Shown here piece by piece: positions 26,962-32,000 of a stretch of DNA of 32,000 nt. The notes beneath the pieces were generated by a model. It made no database searches, was not told the DNA's origin, and worked only from the letters and a program-made list of their open reading frames with translations. Position 1 is the stretch's first letter; the number at the start of each line of letters is the position of its first letter. The position numbers and the translations under genes were made by a program. The stretch lies in NCBI GenBank assembly GCA_015232315.1, contig JADFZZ010000004.1, positions 83,414-115,413 on the forward strand, in the 5' to 3' direction. This stretch comes from SAR324 cluster bacterium. Lineage in GTDB: Bacteria > SAR324 > NAC60-12.

Positions 26962-27828
26962 TCAGGAAATGAATTTCAAAAATGGCAGTTCCGGAGTGCT
27001 TGTAGAAAATCCTGCCGCGTGTTTGTGACCGCCACCACCAAAAGAAGCCGCGATCAGTGATACATCAGCGCCATCCTTGCTGGAGCGCATCGACCATTCC
27101 CGCATGTTTCCCCTATCCTGAAATCCCAAGGCGAAGGGATAACCTTTTCCCAGTTCATGCAACACTTCGCTATTGATGTTTCCGGGACTGTTGACCATGG
27201 GCACCTGATAACCCGCAAATTCCACCATCACCGACCGACGACAGAAGCTTTCAATCATCTGGTCAATGTAACGGCAGAGAACAGTTCCTTCCTGAATCAG
27301 TTGCGGAATTCCCTGTGGAGAAAAAAACGGAGTCCATGCGTCGAAAGTCATGGGATAACTGCGCAGTGCCGTATTGATTTCACGGGATTTTGGCAGTTCC
27401 CAAAGCCATAAATCCTTGTCCTGAATATAGCGCAACAATTCAGGTGGTGAGGATTTCTGGAAAAAATTCCAGGAAAGGACCGCTCCTGATCGATTCATAT
27501 CGAAGGTGGTACTCAGATTGGCATGTTCCTGTTCAAGGCCTTCCAGATCTTTGAGCGCACTCACATGGTGATCAACCAGAATCACTTGGCTGGATTGCTC
27601 ACAAAGTTTTTTCAGGATGGGACGTTTGAACGAAAAATCTACAATAATGACAATTGTGTTCCGGTCAACATCTGGAGGCGGGTTTCCATGAAACGCGGGA
27701 TGAAAGGAGATACGTGGGTGGTCCTGAAAACACTGACGGACAGACCATGCGGCCCCGAAGCCATCAAGGCAATCCCCATGATAAATAACAACAATGGGGT
27801 GATCTTTCAAATTTTTCAGGTTCAACAT
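26962..27828 (-). CDS. DHH/DHHA1-family phosphoesterase (NrnA-like architecture)
   Basis: Contains YHGDCLDGFGAAW (motif I), IIVDFS, LVDHH (DHH motif) and C-terminal GGGGHKHAAGF (DHHA1). ATG 27828 is preceded by AAGGAGA; the track ORF starts at TTG 27852. Confidence 0.8.
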   Translation of the reverse strand: MLNLKNLKDHPIVVIYHGDCLDGFGAAWSVRQCFQDHPRISFHPAFHGNPPPDVDRNTIVIIVDFSFKRPILKKLCEQSSQVILVDHHVSALKDLEGLEQEHANLSTTFDMNRSGAVLSWNFFQKSSPPELLRYIQDKDLWLWELPKSREINTALRSYPMTFDAWTPFFSPQGIPQLIQEGTVLCRYIDQMIESFCRRSVMVEFAGYQVPMVNSPGNINSEVLHELGKGYPFALGFQDRGNMREWSMRSSKDGADVSLIAASFGGGGHKHAAGFSTSTPELPFLKFIS

Positions 27829-27848
27829 GAATCTCCTTGCGACATGAA

Positions 27849-30443
27849 TCAAAAATCAAAATTGAGAATTTCCTTATAAATTATTTTCCCTTCATGAATC
27901 ATTGGATTTGAAGGAGAAAATTGAGATGAGACAATTTCTACCAGCATTTCAAGACGTTCTTCATAAAAATCCATTTCCAGAATCTGCTCCAGACTTTCCA
28001 TCAACTCTGAAGGTGGTTCAATGCCAGATGAGGGAAACCCCTCTCCCTGCCAGGACTGAATATCATTGAACGTTTTGTAAATGGTATGGATTCCCTGAAA
28101 ATAAAGGGCCGTCAACAACGAGGACGCAAACGCTGTTGTTTCAGCAGGTTTCGTTTCAGGTGTCCCACGATTGAAGCCTTCTTCAATCCTGGCCTTATAC
28201 TTCTGGCCGATCGCATCCATATGCTTGTTCACTACGGTGGTACAACTGGTGAGTAACTGCCGGATTGAATCTTTGCCAACCGGGTTGCTTTTGAACATCT
28301 CCCAGAGTTTTATCAGTGATTTGATTTGCTTGATTCCCTGCTTGATCGCTTCCAGCACCTGCTGTTGACGATCTTCTGCCAGGAGGAAAAGTCCCCATTG
28401 AAACAACTGGAGGATGAGTTTACTGTCTCCTGTGAGATCATACACGACTTTGGCAATGGCTCTTGCAATGTTAACCTGTGCTGAAACTGAACTCATAAGA
28501 GCTTGTGAATTTGTCCATTTAAATTTTTCAAAGAACCAGGGATTGCTTCGTAAAATATCCTGAAACACAAAAATGGCCAATGCGGAGGCCTGTCCCAGTT
28601 TCATTTCATCGAATCGCCGTTTGTTGCTTTCCATCTGTCGAAGTGTGTGGATCAACGAATATTTCTGATCACATTTTTCAATATAAAACAACCGTTCCTG
28701 AGGGTTGGCATCGCTGTTCTCAATTTCAGTAATTTCTTCAGGTGTCAGAACAAATGTCTCTCCATAGGTTTTGAGCTTTTCCATGAGCAGGAATGCCTGC
28801 GTGTCAGCCTGTGAATAAAATTGAATTTCACGCTCATATTTCTGCAAAAATTTTTCAGCCATCCCTTCCGGCATATTGGCCTTTATCTTCTGTTCCAGAA
28901 TCTTCAGCTTTTCCAACAGGTTGTTGCCGGTGGACTCGAATACAATTTTGTCCGTTCCCAACTGATCTATCGCGGTCTGCCCTGAAGCACTGCCTGACAG
29001 TTCCTGAAACTGAATTTTCATCTGAGCCAATTCCTGCGTCAACTCTCTGATGCGTAAAAGCACGCCGGATTCTGCAACCTTGGGTTCAGTTGGTTTTTGT
29101 GGAATGGAAGTTTCCGGTTTGGCTGGTCCTACTGGTGTGGGCGTCACATCAGTTTTTTGCGGTGCCTGGGGTTCATGTGCCTCATGTTTCATGGCAACAA
29201 TTTTTTCAAACGCCTTTTTTGCGGAATGCTCATCCGCTTCCGGAGATGGTTGAGGTTGAGCCTGTGCTGTGCGTTTGACGTGACGGACCAGTATGTTTAA
29301 GAATTGTTCAATTTTAAGTTTTTCAAGCACTTCTTCAATCGAGGTTCCGTTTTTCAGCAGGTCTGTTTCCAAAGCAAATACATCCGGAACATTTTTCAGC
29401 AGTGTCACAACTTTATTCATGAGTTCGGTTTCATCGGCCCTGCCCTTGATTTTTTTACGGGTGAATACCTGAATCTCTTTTTTGATTTTATGGATTTTAA
29501 GAGTGTTCAACAATCCTTCACACGGCTGATTGATACTATTGAGAATGAATACCTCCACCTGCTTGGCATCAATCCATTTATTCGTATAAAATTCATCCAT
29601 CAACTGAAACAATTGCTTTCGTTTTTCAAGTTCAGGAATAATGGCTGCGACACCCTGTTTTCTGAGCGAAATATACAATTCTGTTTTGAGCATTCCATAG
29701 TCATGCATCAAATCCAGTTGGCTCGTTTTGATGCCATTTCGCAAGGCATGGTCAAAGTCATTTCCCCTCTTCTGAATGATATCCAGATAACACAGATAGC
29801 TGAAATACCCCTGAAGCGTCAAATGTATCAGTTCAATTCCGACTTCTCCGCGGCGGGTCATGATATAGATTGTTGGCAGGATACTTTCACGACGGGAAGG
29901 CAACCCCCCCTGCTGGTCTGTTTTTTTAATTTCCTCCTGAATCTGTTTGAAATATTCCAGGAATTTGTTCAAGGCGTCATGATAGATTTCATCAAACCGG
30001 AGGGCCTGTTCTTCAATCTGTTTTTTAAGGGAGAGACACTCCTCCAGATTAAAATTTTCTACCAGCGCGATCATGTTCGTTTTGCTGGGGTCTTCCTGAT
30101 AAGCTTTGATGGCATCGTTCTGACTGATGGAATATAATTGGTGGTCTGATTTGAGATTATCCACCAGATCGTCGCCCAGGCCGAATTCCTGATTGCAAAG
30201 CGTCTGAAGGCTCGCGTCTTCGATTTTGGGCAATTTTTTCAGAATCCGCTGGACATCAATTCCGATAGGAGTGATTTCAACAGGATGCAGTCTCAGTTCT
30301 TTAAGATAAAAGGCCCGGGTAAGATCATGTGTTGCGGTTTCCGCAAACGCTTGTATGGCCTGTTCCATTTCATGATCATTTGCCGGAACCAGACCGCTGT
30401 TATGACAAAATCTTTCAAACATTCGCTGCAATGGTTCGTACAT
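27849..30443 (-). CDS. Large hypothetical protein (864 aa): two helical halves joined by a Pro/Gln-rich linker
   Basis: Long uninterrupted ORF. Its ATG overlaps the upstream TPR gene stop (TGATG) and is preceded by AAGGGGGG. I saw no TM segment, P-loop or catalytic motif. Confidence 0.8.
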   Translation of the reverse strand: MYEPLQRMFERFCHNSGLVPANDHEMEQAIQAFAETATHDLTRAFYLKELRLHPVEITPIGIDVQRILKKLPKIEDASLQTLCNQEFGLGDDLVDNLKSDHQLYSISQNDAIKAYQEDPSKTNMIALVENFNLEECLSLKKQIEEQALRFDEIYHDALNKFLEYFKQIQEEIKKTDQQGGLPSRRESILPTIYIMTRRGEVGIELIHLTLQGYFSYLCYLDIIQKRGNDFDHALRNGIKTSQLDLMHDYGMLKTELYISLRKQGVAAIIPELEKRKQLFQLMDEFYTNKWIDAKQVEVFILNSINQPCEGLLNTLKIHKIKKEIQVFTRKKIKGRADETELMNKVVTLLKNVPDVFALETDLLKNGTSIEEVLEKLKIEQFLNILVRHVKRTAQAQPQPSPEADEHSAKKAFEKIVAMKHEAHEPQAPQKTDVTPTPVGPAKPETSIPQKPTEPKVAESGVLLRIRELTQELAQMKIQFQELSGSASGQTAIDQLGTDKIVFESTGNNLLEKLKILEQKIKANMPEGMAEKFLQKYEREIQFYSQADTQAFLLMEKLKTYGETFVLTPEEITEIENSDANPQERLFYIEKCDQKYSLIHTLRQMESNKRRFDEMKLGQASALAIFVFQDILRSNPWFFEKFKWTNSQALMSSVSAQVNIARAIAKVVYDLTGDSKLILQLFQWGLFLLAEDRQQQVLEAIKQGIKQIKSLIKLWEMFKSNPVGKDSIRQLLTSCTTVVNKHMDAIGQKYKARIEEGFNRGTPETKPAETTAFASSLLTALYFQGIHTIYKTFNDIQSWQGEGFPSSGIEPPSELMESLEQILEMDFYEERLEMLVEIVSSQFSPSNPMIHEGKIIYKEILNFDF

Positions 30444-32000
30444 CAGTTCCCCCCTTTTAGCTTTTCATCCTCAGTTTCATTGCGTTCCCGTCGTTCCGCA
30501 TCCAGTTTGTATTGTTCCATCCGTTGTCTATGTTCAACCAGACGGTTGTAACGCTGAGTCACATCCTCAATCATTCCCATTTGTTTGGTGCGTTTGTAAA
30601 GCGTGACCAGTTTCATCAGCAGTTCCTTGTCCGGATTCAACCGCAAGGCCTCTTCATAGGAATTGATCGCTTTGTAGGGGAGATGATGCGCTTCGAAATT
30701 ATGGCCTTCCTTGATTTTCTGATAGTGGCTCTGCAATAATTCTTTTTCCCGTTCCACTTCTTCCAGTTTCTGGAGTTTCCTGCGTAATTCCCGCAGTTTT
30801 TCATCATTCTTCAACAACTCATAGGCATGAATACATTCTTCAAGAATGGGAATGGTTGGCATCATTTCAAAGCTTTTTTCATAAACATCCGCTGCCTTGG
30901 CATACCGGTTGTTGCTCATGTGGTCAGCGGCTTTTTCGTTCATGAACTCCACCAGTTTCTGCGTCAGTTTTTCCAGATCCTCCGGTTTGGCATTCATGCT
31001 TTTGGCCTTGCCGTAAGTTTCCAATGCACCATCAATATCCGACAACGTCAGTTTCATACTGATAATTTTATTCAGCAGGCTGAAGCTTTCCTCTTCGGAG
31101 AGAATCACCTCATACATTTCGAGAGCTTTTTTGGTGCTACCTTCCTCATAATATTGATCTGCCTGTTTTCTGAACTGTGTCATGTCATAATAGCCTTTGG
31201 ATTTTTCCAGCAGGGTTTTGGCATGCAGATAATATTTTCTGGCTAACAGCATGGATCCCTGCAAGGCATATAACCGGCCAAGATTGACAGTGGCGTAGCG
31301 ATTGTAGGGATTTTTTCCGAGCAGGACCACCAGTTTGTCGATGGCGGTTTCGGTGTGTCCACGCAACCCGGTGGCCAGGGCCAGAAAACATTTGAAATTT
31401 TCGTTTTTGGGATTGGTGAAACTCAACCGTGTATAAATTTTCCAGGCGGCATTGTATAAATTATTGTGGAGCGCAAACAGACCGAGGTACCTCAGAATTT
31501 CCAGGCCCTCCTCGGTTTTAATGCCGATAGTGTCCCGAACATGTTGCAGAATCTCTTTGGGATCGAGTTTGGTTTCTTTTTCTTTCTTTGAGTTTTTATC
31601 TTTTTTCCCACTTGTTGCGGTAGGTTCTTCGGGGTCTTCCTCCGGGACACCTTTGGCGTCATTAATTTCTTTCTGAATCTGGGTCAATATGTTTTTTCCC
31701 TCGGTAAAATCAGGAAGTTTGAAAAATTTCATGGATTCAAATTCTGAAATCGCTGAAATGGCGGATTGATCCACATAATCCGCTCGCGACATGGTAGCGG
31801 CCAGATTGTATTGGGCATAAGTGAATTTCGGATCAATCTTGATACAGCGTTCATACAATTTTTCTGCCTGATTGTAATTGCCGATCTTGCGATAGGCGTT
31901 GCCCAGCAAATTAGCGAGTTCCACATCGTTCGGCGCTTTCATCATCAGATTGGATCCAATCGCGATCACCCCGTCATAATTGCCCGATGATTTGTATTGA
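30443..32000 (-). CDS. TPR-repeat protein (5' end beyond the window)
   Basis: Multiple TPR-like units (LGNAYRKIGNYNQAEKLYERCIKIDP, ALRLNPD and others). The frame stays open upstream of GTG 31969 through base 31997, the last complete in-frame codon before the window end (...QYKSSGNYDGV...), so the gene is probably truncated by the window. Confidence 0.8.
   Translation of the reverse strand, partial: QYKSSGNYDGVIAIGSNLMMKAPNDVELANLLGNAYRKIGNYNQAEKLYERCIKIDPKFTYAQYNLAATMSRADYVDQSAISAISEFESMKFFKLPDFTEGKNILTQIQKEINDAKGVPEEDPEEPTATSGKKDKNSKKEKETKLDPKEILQHVRDTIGIKTEEGLEILRYLGLFALHNNLYNAAWKIYTRLSFTNPKNENFKCFLALATGLRGHTETAIDKLVVLLGKNPYNRYATVNLGRLYALQGSMLLARKYYLHAKTLLEKSKGYYDMTQFRKQADQYYEEGSTKKALEMYEVILSEEESFSLLNKIISMKLTLSDIDGALETYGKAKSMNAKPEDLEKLTQKLVEFMNEKAADHMSNNRYAKAADVYEKSFEMMPTIPILEECIHAYELLKNDEKLRELRRKLQKLEEVEREKELLQSHYQKIKEGHNFEAHHLPYKAINSYEEALRLNPDKELLMKLVTLYKRTKQMGMIEDVTQRYNRLVEHRQRMEQYKLDAERRERNETEDEKLKGGN

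Noticed and set aside
29304-30137. 277-aa ORF on the plus strand.
   Set aside because: It lies entirely antisense to the 864-aa gene. Its F/L/I/Q-rich low-complexity composition is what the reverse complement of a K/E/L-rich gene produces. There is no SD or independent support.
1-32000. I looked for CRISPR arrays, IS elements or transposases, integrases, tRNA/rRNA genes, and direct repeats flanking an island.
   Set aside because: I saw none by eye. There are no regularly spaced identical repeats, no recombinase-like ORFs and no tRNA-like cloverleaf candidates in the intergenic regions. A tRNAscan, Infernal or repeat-finder run would be needed to be definitive.

Overview
This is a chromosomal-looking window from a diderm (Gram-negative type) bacterium; markers are kdsB, an OMP ending in Phe, lipoboxes and BamD/YbgF-like repeats. 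By eye it is moderately AT-rich. I support 24 protein genes and found no rRNA, tRNA, CRISPR array, transposase or integrase. Layout: (1) 80-2379 holds yajQ convergent with a REC / class III adenylate cyclase / PilZ fusion. (2) 2607-6939 holds a small Cys-motif protein, an orphan ABC ATPase, a DUF1499 lipoprotein and a 784-aa repeat lipoprotein with an SH3b insert. (3) 7058-11572 is a minus-strand run: kdsB, a 115-aa unknown, a small membrane protein, a pentaheme c-type cytochrome lipoprotein, a di-heme cytochrome b fused to a PilZ module, and a trpD-like gene. (4) 11573-13141 is a 491-bp AT-rich leader, a porin-like OMP and a hairpin. (5) 13243-15609 is metA-metY (direct sulfhydrylation) with a long leader. 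(6) 15991-26880 is a palindrome-guarded promoter followed by usp-glgX-glgC-glgA-glgB-glgP. (7) 26962-32000 is a tightly coupled minus-strand operon: TPR protein (5' end outside the window), an 864-aa protein with no motif I recognise, and a DHH/DHHA1 phosphoesterase. The most interesting candidates are the cytochrome b-PilZ plus multiheme cytochrome c module, which may be c-di-GMP-gated membrane electron transfer. Next are the REC-cyclase-PilZ signal converter and the TPR / 864-aa orphan / DHH operon. All domain calls come from motif reading by eye; no database search was run.
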